Source: Halorussus marinus | GTDB taxonomy: Archaea; Halobacteriota; Halobacteria; Halobacteriales; Haladaptataceae | Reading direction: 5' to 3' | Assembly: GCF_004765795.1 (NCBI RefSeq) | Contig: NZ_SBIV01000002.1 | Location: forward strand, 372,001-436,000 | DNA length: 64,000 nucleotides | In this document: positions 50,042-59,301 of the stretch, piece after piece | How the letters are laid out: every line of letters begins with the position of its first letter | Position numbering within the stretch: the stretch's first letter is position 1 | Translations under genes and position numbers: made by a program | Notes under the pieces: model-generated | The model's input: the letters and a program-made list of their open reading frames with translations, nothing else | The model's database searches: none | What the model was told of the DNA's origin: nothing

Positions 50042-50602
50042 CTATTCGAGCAGGCCGAGGTCTTCGAGTCGCGAGACGATCTTGTCGACCGCCTGCTCGG
50101 CGTCCTCGGGCTTCTTGCCGCCGGTGATCACGAGCTTGCCCGACCCGAACAGGAGCGCGACGACTTCCGGTTCGTCGAGCCGGTAGACGAGACCGGGGAA
50201 CTGCTCGGGCTCGTACTCGATGTTCTCCAGGCCGAGGCCGATCGCGATGGCGTTGAGGTTGAGGTTGCGACCGAGGTCCGCGGAGGTCACGATGTTCTGG
50301 ACGACGATCTCGGGGTCCTCGTTCACGTCGATCTGGAGCTCTCGGAGCTTGTCGAAGACGATCTCGAGGCTCTCGTGGACGTCGGCGGTGCTCTTGGCGC
50401 CGGTACAGACGATCTTGCCCGACCGGAAGATGAGCGCCGCGGACTTGGGGTTCTGGGTCCGATAGACGAGACCGGGGAACTGCTCCGGGTCGTAGTCGGC
50501 GCCTTCCAGGTCCATGGCCACGCTCTGGAGGTCGAGTTCCTGCCCGATTCCGGTGGAGGCGACCACGTTTTCAATGTTGATGGTCTCCTTTGGGTCGGTC
50601 AT
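50042..50602 (-). CDS. tbp: TATA-box-binding protein
   Basis: Two repeats: IENVVAS..YDPEQFPGLVYR..LIFRSGKIVCTGAK / QNIVTS..YEPEQFPGLVYR..FGSGKLVITGGK. Confidence 0.98.
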   Translation of the reverse strand: MTDPKETINIENVVASTGIGQELDLQSVAMDLEGADYDPEQFPGLVYRTQNPKSAALIFRSGKIVCTGAKSTADVHESLEIVFDKLRELQIDVNEDPEIVVQNIVTSADLGRNLNLNAIAIGLGLENIEYEPEQFPGLVYRLDEPEVVALLFGSGKLVITGGKKPEDAEQAVDKIVSRLEDLGLLE

Positions 50603-50735
50603 ATGCGACTTAAATGTCGTATTTAAGGCTTATAAAGGTTGGTACTCCCCGCTGACACGTCGATTGCCGGTTTTTATGCTCCCGCGGAGGACGAAAGCCG
50701 AAACCCCCAAGTCGGGAGACCGACTCCGATAGCCC

Positions 50736-51734
50736 GTGTACGCCCTGGAGTTCGCCGGAGAGGACGATCGGTTCGCCGCCGCCGAGGCCGCCAGCGCAGC
50801 GACCGGCGTCGAGGTGATCGCGCCGGGGGTGGCGACCGCGACGACGGTCACCGACCGGGTTCGGAACCTCGCCTACACCCGCCGCGCGATCGAGGTGGTC
50901 GGGCGGACCGACGCCAGTGTGGCGTCGGCCCGGACGCTCGTGGACGCCGCCGGCCTCGACCGCGAGGGCACCGTCGCGGTCCGAGCCCGGACCGTCCGCG
51001 ACACCGCCGAAGTCGACACCCAGCGCGCCGAGCGCGCGCTCGGACAGGCGCTCGTCGATCGGGGCTACGCGGTCGACCTCGACGACCCGGACCACGAGCT
51101 CCGGGCGGTGTTCGCCGGGGAGACGTGCGTCGTGGGGTGGCTCGAAGCCGAGAGCGTGCGCGACTACGGGACCCGCAAACCGACCGACCGGCCCTTCTTC
51201 CAGCCCGGCGGGATGGACCCGTTGTTGGCGCGCGCACTGGTCAACGTCGCCGGCGCGCGGCCCGGCGCGACGGTGCTCGATCCGATGTGTGGCACCGGCG
51301 GCGTGCTCATCGAGGCCGGGCTCGCGGGCGCGAGCGCCTACGGCGCCGACGCCCAGCGCAAGATGGCCCGGGGCGCGGCCCGGAACCTCGATCGGTATCT
51401 CGGCGCCGACGACCGGGCGACGGGCGAGTGGGCGACCGTGCAGGGCGACGCGACCCACCTCCCGTTCCCCGACGGCGCGATCGACGCCGTCGTGTTCGAC
51501 GCCCCGTACGGCCGCCAGTCGAAGATCGCTAACCTCGACCTCGACGACCTCGTTGCGGGCGCGCTCGCGGAGGCTCGCCGGGTGGCAGACCGCGCGGTCG
51601 TGGTCGGCGACCGGTCGTGGGCGAGCGAGGCCCGCGACGTCGGCTGGACCGTCGAAGCCGAATTCGAGCGCCGAGTCCACCGATCGCTGGACCGACACGT
51701 CGTCGTGCTCGACGGCGAGTCGGGGCCCCCGTGA
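50736..51734 (+). CDS. trm11: tRNA (guanine(10)-N2)-methyltransferase, THUMP + MTase
   Basis: VDLDDPD THUMP segment; RPFFQPGGMDP; LDPMCGTGG; DAPYGRQS. Confidence 0.88.
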   Translation: MYALEFAGEDDRFAAAEAASAATGVEVIAPGVATATTVTDRVRNLAYTRRAIEVVGRTDASVASARTLVDAAGLDREGTVAVRARTVRDTAEVDTQRAERALGQALVDRGYAVDLDDPDHELRAVFAGETCVVGWLEAESVRDYGTRKPTDRPFFQPGGMDPLLARALVNVAGARPGATVLDPMCGTGGVLIEAGLAGASAYGADAQRKMARGAARNLDRYLGADDRATGEWATVQGDATHLPFPDGAIDAVVFDAPYGRQSKIANLDLDDLVAGALAEARRVADRAVVVGDRSWASEARDVGWTVEAEFERRVHRSLDRHVVVLDGESGPP

Positions 51735-51741
51735 TCGACGG

Positions 51742-52395
51742 TTACAGCGAGACCTCGACCGATCGGTCGTCTCCGAGGCCCGAGACGTGGAGGATCGCCC
51801 GCCCGGGGCCGTCCGCCTCGACGTCGATGCGGCCCGTGAACGAGGCTTTCATGCCGGCGAGGAAGCTGTCGACGTTGGTCCCGATGTCGGCGCTGGTGTC
51901 GAGCGCGCAGACGCCGACCGCCTCGTTGCGCCGGAGTTGGCTGAGCAGATTCGAGTTGAGAAACCGGTAGACCGACCGCGTGTCGTCGACCGCGGCGCAG
52001 ATGCTCGAACACAGCAGGATACCCGCGCGGAGCCGACCGGTCGTCGCCTGAGAGTCGGCCACCAGCGTCGAGAACTGCATCCCGAGCCCCGTCAGGTCGG
52101 CGATATCGTCGACGCCGGTGACGTTCTCGGCCGCGTCGGGGCCGGCGCAGGTGAGGACCGCCGACCGATCGCTGGCGCCGTCGGCCGCGCCGTCGAGACC
52201 GCGGTTGACCGCTCGACCGGAGGCCTCGGTCGCCAGCACGAGCGAGCGCTCGTCCTCCCGGGCGGCGACGAGCCGGTAGAAGACCGATTCGAGGAGGTCG
52301 GTGTCGTCGCCGGTCAACAGGACGCTCGTCCCGTCCTCGAACGCGGCCAGCGGGAGATTCGGGATCTCGAACTGGGCCGTCTCGGTGAGGCTCAT
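51742..52395 (-). CDS. Inactive RecA/KaiC-like ATPase-fold protein (DUF7504/DUF835-like)
   Basis: GTSVLLTG, ADLTGLGMQFS, VYRFL, FTGRID pattern; Walker A absent; start overlaps the upstream stop. Confidence 0.7.
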   Translation of the reverse strand: MSLTETAQFEIPNLPLAAFEDGTSVLLTGDDTDLLESVFYRLVAAREDERSLVLATEASGRAVNRGLDGAADGASDRSAVLTCAGPDAAENVTGVDDIADLTGLGMQFSTLVADSQATTGRLRAGILLCSSICAAVDDTRSVYRFLNSNLLSQLRRNEAVGVCALDTSADIGTNVDSFLAGMKASFTGRIDVEADGPGRAILHVSGLGDDRSVEVSL

Positions 52396-53288
52396 GGCGC
52401 CACCTCCGCGTCGGAGGCCTCCAGAAGCGACTGACGGAGTTCGAGGATCTCCATCGCGGTCTCGGCGAACTGCTGGAGTTGTGCCCGCTGTTCGGGGGAG
52501 TACGACCGGCGCTCGTGGTCGATGAGACACACCTGCCCGATGGTCTGGCCCTCCGGGGTCGTCATGTTCGCGCCGGCGTAAGAGACGATTCCGAGGTCGT
52601 GGAGCTGTTGGTTCTGGGCGAAGCGCTTGTCCTCGCTGATGTCCTCGACGACCATCACGTCCTCCTGGAGCATGCTGTGGGTGCAGATCGTCTCCTCGCG
52701 GGTGATCGAATCCCAGTCGCCGCCCGTACAGGCGAGGATGTCTTCTTCCTGCTCGTCGATGAGACCGATGAACGCGACCGCGGTGTCGAAGTGGCTCGAA
52801 ATGAGGTCCGTCAGGCGGTCGAAGCTCTCCTCGATGGGGAGGTCGTCGACGTCGTAGGAGTCGAGCGCCGCGAGCCGGGAGTCCTCGTCGTCGGGGACGA
52901 GGAACCCGACCTGTGCGCTGTGAGCGATGACGTCGTCCACCACGAACCCGAGTCGGTCGGCCGCGTCGGGGAGGTCCCGGTTGAGGTACTCGACGATGGC
53001 GTCCTCGAACGACGCGGTGTCGATGTCGCTCGGAGAGACGTCTGTGTAGAGGACGCAGGGCGTCTGCGGTGCGTGATCGCGGATCGCGTCGACGACGTCG
53101 AGACCCGTGCCGTCCGACAGTTCGTACTCGGTCACGACCGCCGCGACCGACTCGGTGTCGAGAAACGCGGTGGCCTCGGCCACCGAGGTCCGGGCGATCG
53201 GAGCGAGATCAGCCTCTTCGTCGAGCGCCGCCGCCATATCCTCGACATCGTCGTCCGCGCCGATGCAGAGAACGGTCTGGTCTACCAT
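52392..53288 (-). CDS. Receiver-like + GAF domain signalling protein
   Basis: N-terminal receiver-like (AVVTEYELSDGTG, CVLYT); C-terminal GAF (RLAALDSY..FDRLT..ICTH..DKRF..YAGA..IGQVCLID). Confidence 0.85.
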   Translation of the reverse strand: MVDQTVLCIGADDDVEDMAAALDEEADLAPIARTSVAEATAFLDTESVAAVVTEYELSDGTGLDVVDAIRDHAPQTPCVLYTDVSPSDIDTASFEDAIVEYLNRDLPDAADRLGFVVDDVIAHSAQVGFLVPDDEDSRLAALDSYDVDDLPIEESFDRLTDLISSHFDTAVAFIGLIDEQEEDILACTGGDWDSITREETICTHSMLQEDVMVVEDISEDKRFAQNQQLHDLGIVSYAGANMTTPEGQTIGQVCLIDHERRSYSPEQRAQLQQFAETAMEILELRQSLLEASDAEVAP

Positions 53289-53421
53289 TTAACCAGGCCT
53301 TCGACTCCGCTAGTATAATTCTTCGTTCCCAATTATCAGAAGTAAGATTCAACCGCCGGTTGGCCGAAGAGTAGCCGTAGGACGACCGGCGTTCACTTAG
53401 GGAACGCGGGCGCCGCCGCGC

Positions 53422-54441
53422 TCACGCCTCGGTGGCCGCCCCGAGTTCCGCGAGCAGGTGGCCGACGTGGACCCGGTCGCTGGTCCCGTCGGCGAGATCG
53501 GCGTCGATCTCGCCGGCGAGCACCGTCAACTCCGCGAGGTCGTCGCCGGCGTATCGCCCCGAGTGAGCCAGATCGAGGATCTCGTGGAGCACCTCCTCGC
53601 CGCTGTACCCCTCGTCGACCAGCAGGTCGTCGAGCGTCTTGCGGGCGTCCTGAAACTCCCCGGCCTCCGCGGCGTCGAGCATCTCCTCGACGTCGCTCTC
53701 GACGCCGACGTCCCGGAGGACCTCGAAGGCGGCCGTCCGGGTGAGTTCGCCCTCTGTCTCGACGGTGGTCTGGGCGCCGAGGATGGCCTCCCGGAGGTCG
53801 CCCTCGGCGTAGCCGGCGACGAACTCCAGGCCCTTGCGGTCGTACTCGACGCCCTCGGCCTCGACGATGCGTTCGAGGACCGCCACGATCTCGTCGGGAG
53901 TCGGGGCCCGAACCGCGACCGGGAAACACCGGGACTTGATCGGCGGGATGAGCTTCGTGGGCTGGCGAGTGGTGATGACGAACTGGGTCGCCTCGTGGTG
54001 GCGCTCCATCACCCGCCGGAGCGCCTGCTGGAAGTCCTCGCGGATGGCCTCGGCGTTGTCGAGCACGACGGTCTTGTACGCCCCCGAGACCGGCGAGTAG
54101 CTCGCCGACTCCTTGAGAACGTGGTTGATGAGGTCGGCTTTCGAGGAGTTTCGCCGGCGCTTGCTGTCGATGAACGACGCGAACCGCGGGTCCGACGCGA
54201 TCTCCTTTTTCGTCATCCCGAAGAAGTCCGCGACGTTGATCTCGACGAGGTCGTTGTCGGGGTCCTCGTGGGCCTCGCGGGCCAGCGCCCGGACCGCGGC
54301 GGTCTTGCCCGCGCCGGAGGGCCCGTACAGCACGAGGTTGATCGGCTCCTCGACGGCCTTCTGGAGGTACTCCCTGACCTCGGCCTGCGGCAGGTCGGCG
54401 AGGTCGGGCGCGTACGTCTCGGTCCACAGCGGCGCGTCCAT
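53422..54441 (-). CDS. Replication factor C small-subunit paralog
   Basis: LWTETYAPDL, GPSGAGKT, FQQALRRVME, PPIKSRC, GDLR. Confidence 0.9.
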   Translation of the reverse strand: MDAPLWTETYAPDLADLPQAEVREYLQKAVEEPINLVLYGPSGAGKTAAVRALAREAHEDPDNDLVEINVADFFGMTKKEIASDPRFASFIDSKRRRNSSKADLINHVLKESASYSPVSGAYKTVVLDNAEAIREDFQQALRRVMERHHEATQFVITTRQPTKLIPPIKSRCFPVAVRAPTPDEIVAVLERIVEAEGVEYDRKGLEFVAGYAEGDLREAILGAQTTVETEGELTRTAAFEVLRDVGVESDVEEMLDAAEAGEFQDARKTLDDLLVDEGYSGEEVLHEILDLAHSGRYAGDDLAELTVLAGEIDADLADGTSDRVHVGHLLAELGAATEA

Positions 54442-54514
54442 TACCCGCGAGTAGGGAGCCAGCAGGTAAGAATCGGTCGGTTGCTCGCGGCGGCGAAAAG
54501 AGAGGCGCCGGTCG

Positions 54515-56596
54515 TCAGGCCTCGGATTCGGTCGTCTCGGTCATCGTCTCGACGACGATGGTAGAGGTCTCCTCGGTTTCAGTCGGCGTCTCGGTCTCGA
54601 CGACTTCGGTCGTCTCCTCGTGTTCGGTCGGCGTCTCGGTCTCTGCGACCTCGGTCGTCTCCTCGGCGGTCGGTTCGTTCAGCGCGATGATCCCCAGTTC
54701 ACCGAACTCGTCGGTGTAGACGCCGTGGATGTACTCGCCGGCCGCGAGTTCGGACGTGTCGATCTCGAAGGTCACGGTCGTCTCGTCGTCGGCCGCGATC
54801 GTGACGGCCTTACTCTCGACGACGTCGCCTTCGAGGCGGAAGGCCACGTCCTGACTGGCTTCGACGTCGTTCGGGTTGGTCACGACGGCGCTCACGGTGA
54901 TGGTGTCGCCGACCTCAGCGCTCTCTGGCGCGTCGAGTTCCGAGACGTCGAACGATTCGAGATCGGCCTCGGTCGTCTCTTCGGTCATCTCCTCTGCCTC
55001 GGTCGTCTCCTCAGCTTCTTCCTCAGTCGTCTCTTCTGCCTCGGTCGTCTCTTCGACTTCTTCCTCAGTCGTCTCTTCTGCCTCGGTCGTCTCTTCGACT
55101 TCTTCCTCAGTCGTCTCTTCTGCCTCGGTCGTCTCTTCGACTTCTTCCTCAGTCGTCTCTTCTGCCTCGGTCGTTTCCTCGGCTTCCTCTTCAGTCGTCT
55201 CCTCTGCCTCGGTCGTTTCCTCGGCTTCCTCTTCAGTTGTCTCTTCTGCTTCCTCTTCAGTCGTCTCCTCGGCTTCCTCTTCGGTTGTCTCCTCAGCTTC
55301 CTCTTCAGTCGTCTCTTCTGCCTCGGTCGTCTCTTCGACTTCTTCCTCAGTCGTCTCCTCTGCCTCGGTCGTTTCCTCGACTTCCTCTTCGGTCGTCTCT
55401 TCGACTTCTTCCTCAGTCGTCTCCTCTGCCTCGGTTGTCTCCTCGATTTCCTCTTCGGTCGTGGTCTCGGTCTCCATCTCGGCGGGCGGCGCGGGCATCT
55501 CCATGTCCTCGGGCGCCGTGATCACGAACGTGACGTTCTCGACGGTCACGTCCTCGATGACGAACCGGACCGTTTCGAGATCCTGCGAGAGGTTCTCCTG
55601 CAGTTGCTCTTGGACCTCTTCGGGGTCCTGAGTCGTGAGTTGCTGCTGGTCGGTCATCTGAGCCTGCTGTTGCATCAGCTCGGAGAGGTTGATCTCGACG
55701 CGGCGGTCGACGATCGTTATGTCGCTGACGGTCTCGGTCCGGTCGGGAGTCTCCTCGTCGCCGGCGACGAACGACCAGCGGTCGATGTTCATCTGCTCGA
55801 TTTTGAACACGAGCTGCTGCTGTTCGCTCGGCTCCTCGGCGGGCTCTTCAGTCTCTGTTTCGGCCGGCTCTTCAGTCTCAGTCTCCACCGGCTCCTCTGT
55901 CTCAGTCTCCACCGGCTCCTCTGTCTCAGTCTCCACCGGCTCCTCTGTCTCAGTCTCCACCGGCTCCTCTGTCTCAGTCTCCACCGGCTCCTCTGTCTCA
56001 GTCTCGGTCTCGGCGGGCTCTTCCGCACCGACGCTCACCGTCGCCTGCGCGACCACGGGCTCGTCGTCAGCGACGTACGGGCCGTCGGCCCCACCGCTGG
56101 CGATCACGAAGTCGTAGACCTCGTTCTCGTTCGTGTCGTAGTGCGGCATGGCGATGAGCGTCTGAGTCTCCTCGATGGGCCGGGCGAGCGTGACGGTCAC
56201 GTTCTCGTGGGTTCCCGGTTCGAGGTAGACGGAGTTGCCGACGACGCTACCGAGAGCGTCGCCCTCAAGGAGCGTCTCGTCGTGAATCGCGACGAAGCCG
56301 CCCTCGTCCATCGTCACGGAGTCGATAACGATCTGCTCGCCGTCGGACTCCTGATCGTTGATCGTGACGCTCGCCGCGGCTTCCGCCGCCGCGGTGGTCT
56401 CTTCGCCGGCCGACTCAGTCGTCTCTTCGTCGACTGCTTCGGTCGTCGGTTCCTCTGTCGTCTCCTGTAACGCGTCTGTTGCCCCCACAGCCGTACTTCC
56501 GGTATCCGTCGCCGCGAGTGATACCGCTGTCCCGCTCGCGAGGACGAGAAGGACGGCCATGAACACAGCGCTAATAGTCTTTGTGTCGCGTGTCAT
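54515..56596 (-). CDS. Secreted cell-surface protein with DUF7282-like domain, Glu/Thr tandem repeats and C-terminal Ig-like (CARDB-like) domain
   Basis: Signal peptide; GGFVAIHD..G.S.YL..G.H..LIAMPH.DTN..YDF..DGPY motif; E/T repeats; VGDTITVSAVVTN. Confidence 0.85.
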   Translation of the reverse strand: MTRDTKTISAVFMAVLLVLASGTAVSLAATDTGSTAVGATDALQETTEEPTTEAVDEETTESAGEETTAAAEAAASVTINDQESDGEQIVIDSVTMDEGGFVAIHDETLLEGDALGSVVGNSVYLEPGTHENVTVTLARPIEETQTLIAMPHYDTNENEVYDFVIASGGADGPYVADDEPVVAQATVSVGAEEPAETETETEEPVETETEEPVETETEEPVETETEEPVETETEEPVETETEEPAETETEEPAEEPSEQQQLVFKIEQMNIDRWSFVAGDEETPDRTETVSDITIVDRRVEINLSELMQQQAQMTDQQQLTTQDPEEVQEQLQENLSQDLETVRFVIEDVTVENVTFVITAPEDMEMPAPPAEMETETTTEEEIEETTEAEETTEEEVEETTEEEVEETTEAEETTEEEVEETTEAEETTEEEAEETTEEEAEETTEEEAEETTEEEAEETTEAEETTEEEAEETTEAEETTEEEVEETTEAEETTEEEVEETTEAEETTEEEVEETTEAEETTEEEAEETTEAEEMTEETTEADLESFDVSELDAPESAEVGDTITVSAVVTNPNDVEASQDVAFRLEGDVVESKAVTIAADDETTVTFEIDTSELAAGEYIHGVYTDEFGELGIIALNEPTAEETTEVAETETPTEHEETTEVVETETPTETEETSTIVVETMTETTESEA
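54970..55460. repeat. Intragenic tandem repeat, 42-bp unit (VEETTEAEETTEEE) mixed with 24-bp variants
   Basis: ttcttcctcagtcgtctcttctgcctcggtcgtctcttcgac repeated; boundaries approximate. Confidence 0.9.
55842..56020. repeat. Intragenic tandem repeat, 24-bp unit (EEPVETET)
   Basis: ggctcctctgtctcagtctccacc repeated near-perfectly about 5 times, plus degenerate flanking units. Confidence 0.92.
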
Positions 56597-56818
56597 TGTA
56601 ACCCCCAGTCCGCACGAAAGCGAACGACGAGACCGCGAATAAACGGAAACGACTGTTCACACGCGTAACAGCGAGATACGACCGGGTAGGCAGGGAGTAT
56701 TCGAGAGTTCCGCGAGCGTGCGCGCGGTCGTAACGCGTTGTTTCCACCGATTCAATCTGTCCGATGCGGGGGCCGTTTCGAAGGCGCTTTCCGCGTCGTC
56801 ACCGTACCTTCGCCGAGG

Positions 56819-57745
56819 ATGTCGATGCGAGTGACCTTTCTCGGAACCGGCGGGGCAGTGCCGACGACAGAGCGGAATCTGAGCGCCGTCATGGTAAACC
56901 GGGAGGGCGACCGGTTGCTGTTCGACGCCGGCGAGGGGACCCAGCGACAGATGATGCGGTTCGGGACCGGGTTCACGGTCTCGGACGTGTTCGTCACCCA
57001 CCTCCACGGCGACCACGTACTCGGGCTCCCGGGGCTCGTCCAGACGTGGGACTTCAACGACCGGGAGGCCCCGCTCACCGTCTACGCGCCCGCGGGGACC
57101 GAGGCCGAGATCGAGTCGCTCGTCCACGCCGCGGGCAACCAGCCGTCGTATCCGGTCCACGTCTACGGCGTCGAACCCGGGGAGGTCGCGGTCCGACGCG
57201 ACGACTACGAGGTCCGGGCGTTCCGCACCGACCACGACGCCAACTCGATCGGCTACGCGCTCGTCGAGGACGATCGCAAGGGGCGGTTCGATCGCGAGCG
57301 CGCCGAGGAGCTCGGGGTCCCCGTCGGCCCGGCGTTCTCTCGGCTCCACGACGGCGAGCCGGTCGAGCTCGAGGACGGCACCGTCGTTCGGCCCGAGCAG
57401 GTCGTCGGCGACCCCCGGCCCGGCCGCCGGTTCGTCTACACCGGCGACACTCGACCGAGCGACGACGTCGCCGCGGTCGCCGAGGGCGCCGACATGCTGG
57501 TCCACGAGGCCACCTTCGCCGACGACCGGATCGAGCGCGCGCGAAAGACCGGTCACTCGACCGCGCGCCAGGCCGCCGAACTCGCCGCCGAGGCCGGCGT
57601 CGTCCGGCTCGCGCTCACCCACATCTCCTCGCGGTACGGCGGGGACGTCTCCGACCACCTCCGAGAGGCCCGCGAGGCGTTCGACGGCGAGGCGTTCGTC
57701 CCCGAGGACGGCGAAGTCCGCGAGGTTCCGTTCCCCGACGCGTAG
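56819..57745 (+). CDS. rnz: Ribonuclease Z
   Basis: FLGTGGAVPTTERN, FDAGEGTQRQ, THLHGDH, YTGDT, HEATF, GHST, LTHISSRY. Confidence 0.96.
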   Translation: MSMRVTFLGTGGAVPTTERNLSAVMVNREGDRLLFDAGEGTQRQMMRFGTGFTVSDVFVTHLHGDHVLGLPGLVQTWDFNDREAPLTVYAPAGTEAEIESLVHAAGNQPSYPVHVYGVEPGEVAVRRDDYEVRAFRTDHDANSIGYALVEDDRKGRFDRERAEELGVPVGPAFSRLHDGEPVELEDGTVVRPEQVVGDPRPGRRFVYTGDTRPSDDVAAVAEGADMLVHEATFADDRIERARKTGHSTARQAAELAAEAGVVRLALTHISSRYGGDVSDHLREAREAFDGEAFVPEDGEVREVPFPDA

Positions 57746-57766
57746 CTGGTTTTATGCCCACGGGGT

Positions 57767-58339
57767 GTGAGCGACCCGACCGTGAACCCCGACACCGTCG
57801 CCCGCGCCGGACTGATCGGAGCGCTCGCCGCCGGCGGACTGGGGTACGCGACCGTCGGTCCCGACGGCGGCGCCATCGCGGCGCTGTCGTTCGGCCTCGG
57901 CGGTGCGGTCGTGCTCGCGCTCCTCTCGGCGATCGACGCGGTCGTCGGGAAGCCCGACCGCACCGCGTTCCGACCGGTCGCCGCCGCGGCCTGCGCGTTC
58001 GCCGGCCTGTTCGTCCTCGCGTCGTCCCCGCCGCTTGCCGGTCGCGTCCCGCCCGCGGGGTATCTCGGTATCGGTGCGCTCGTCGGGGCGGTCGTCGGCG
58101 CGACGACGGCGTCGCCGGCGAGCGGGCTCTGGCATGGGACGTACGGCGGCGGCGTCGGCGGGCTCCTCGTGCTCTACGTCGCGATCTACGAGTCGTTCAC
58201 GATTCGGCCCGCGCTCGGCGGCGTCGTCGCCATCGCGGGCGCGGTCGCACCCGCCGTCCTCGGGCTTCTCGGCGGCCTCGGCGGCGCAGTCGGGGCGGCC
58301 GTCGCCGAACGACTCTCGGAGAGGCAGACCGCGACGTAG
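57767..58339 (+). CDS. Gly/Ala-rich membrane protein
   Basis: Multiple hydrophobic helices; GTG start downstream of a TTTAT TATA-like box. Confidence 0.65.
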   Translation: MSDPTVNPDTVARAGLIGALAAGGLGYATVGPDGGAIAALSFGLGGAVVLALLSAIDAVVGKPDRTAFRPVAAAACAFAGLFVLASSPPLAGRVPPAGYLGIGALVGAVVGATTASPASGLWHGTYGGGVGGLLVLYVAIYESFTIRPALGGVVAIAGAVAPAVLGLLGGLGGAVGAAVAERLSERQTAT

Positions 58340-58452
58340 CTCCCCGCGTCGTTTCTCTGGCGGCGTAGCGTGGGCCCTCGCTTCGGGACGTTAGCTCACC
58401 TCACACCGGAGTAAAGGACTTATCGCGCCCGCACAATCGGTCGGTTGACAGA

Positions 58453-59229
58453 ATGCCCTTCCCGAACGTCGCCGACAAGCACCGCGGGGACGCCGTCATC
58501 ACCCCCGAAAAGAGCGTGGAGTACAGAGATGACCAGTCCGACGCCGGCCCACCGGCGGTGCCCGAGGCGGTCGTCCTCTGCTACAGCAGGGGGTTGATGG
58601 AGTACCTGACCGACGCGCGTGACGGGCGCGAGGTCGACTCCTACTACGGCGATCTCTACGTCTTCGACGAGTTCGACGGGCGCGTCGGAGTGATGGGGAA
58701 CTTCGGCATCGGCGCGCCCACCGCGGCGATGATGGTGGAGGAGCTCGCCGCCGACGGCGTCGAGGCGTTCCTCTCAGTCGGGTTCGCGGGGTGTCTGCAG
58801 GACGACGTCGAGATGGGCGAGTTCATCGTCTGCGATCGCGCGATCCGCGACGAGGGCACCTCGCATCACTACGCGGAGTCCGCGAAGTTCGCCCGCCCGA
58901 CCGAACCGCTGTTCGATCGGATCACCCGAACGCTGGCCGACCGAGACGAGCCGTACCGCGTCGGCCCGTCGTGGACCACCGACGCGATCTACCGCGAGAC
59001 CGTCCGGGAGGTCGAATCGTACGCGAACGAGGGCGTCCTCACCGTGGAGATGGAGGCGTCGGCGGTGTTCACCGTGGCCGCCCACCGCGGGGTCGACGCC
59101 GCGGCGATGTTCGTCGTGAGCGACTACCTCGGCACCGCCGAGTGGGAGCCGAAGTTTCACCTGACCGAGGACGACATGCGGCGGCTCGGCGACGCGGCCG
59201 CCGAGATACTCGCGGACCGCACGGAGTGA
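58453..59229 (+). CDS. Nucleoside phosphorylase (PNP/UDP family)
   Basis: GIGAP, VGFAG, AIRDEGTSHHY, WTTDAIYRET, VEMEAS, VVSD. Confidence 0.92.
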   Translation: MPFPNVADKHRGDAVITPEKSVEYRDDQSDAGPPAVPEAVVLCYSRGLMEYLTDARDGREVDSYYGDLYVFDEFDGRVGVMGNFGIGAPTAAMMVEELAADGVEAFLSVGFAGCLQDDVEMGEFIVCDRAIRDEGTSHHYAESAKFARPTEPLFDRITRTLADRDEPYRVGPSWTTDAIYRETVREVESYANEGVLTVEMEASAVFTVAAHRGVDAAAMFVVSDYLGTAEWEPKFHLTEDDMRRLGDAAAEILADRTE

Positions 59230-59301
59230 CGGTCCGCGTTCGCGCCGTCGAAACCCCGGCCCCGCGCCGGATTTATATTCGGCGGGACCCTACCCGTCGG
59301 C

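Noticed and set aside
55842..56020. Regular 24-bp repeats as a possible CRISPR array
   Set aside because: No unique spacers, unit is a multiple of 3 within a CDS, and no cas genes
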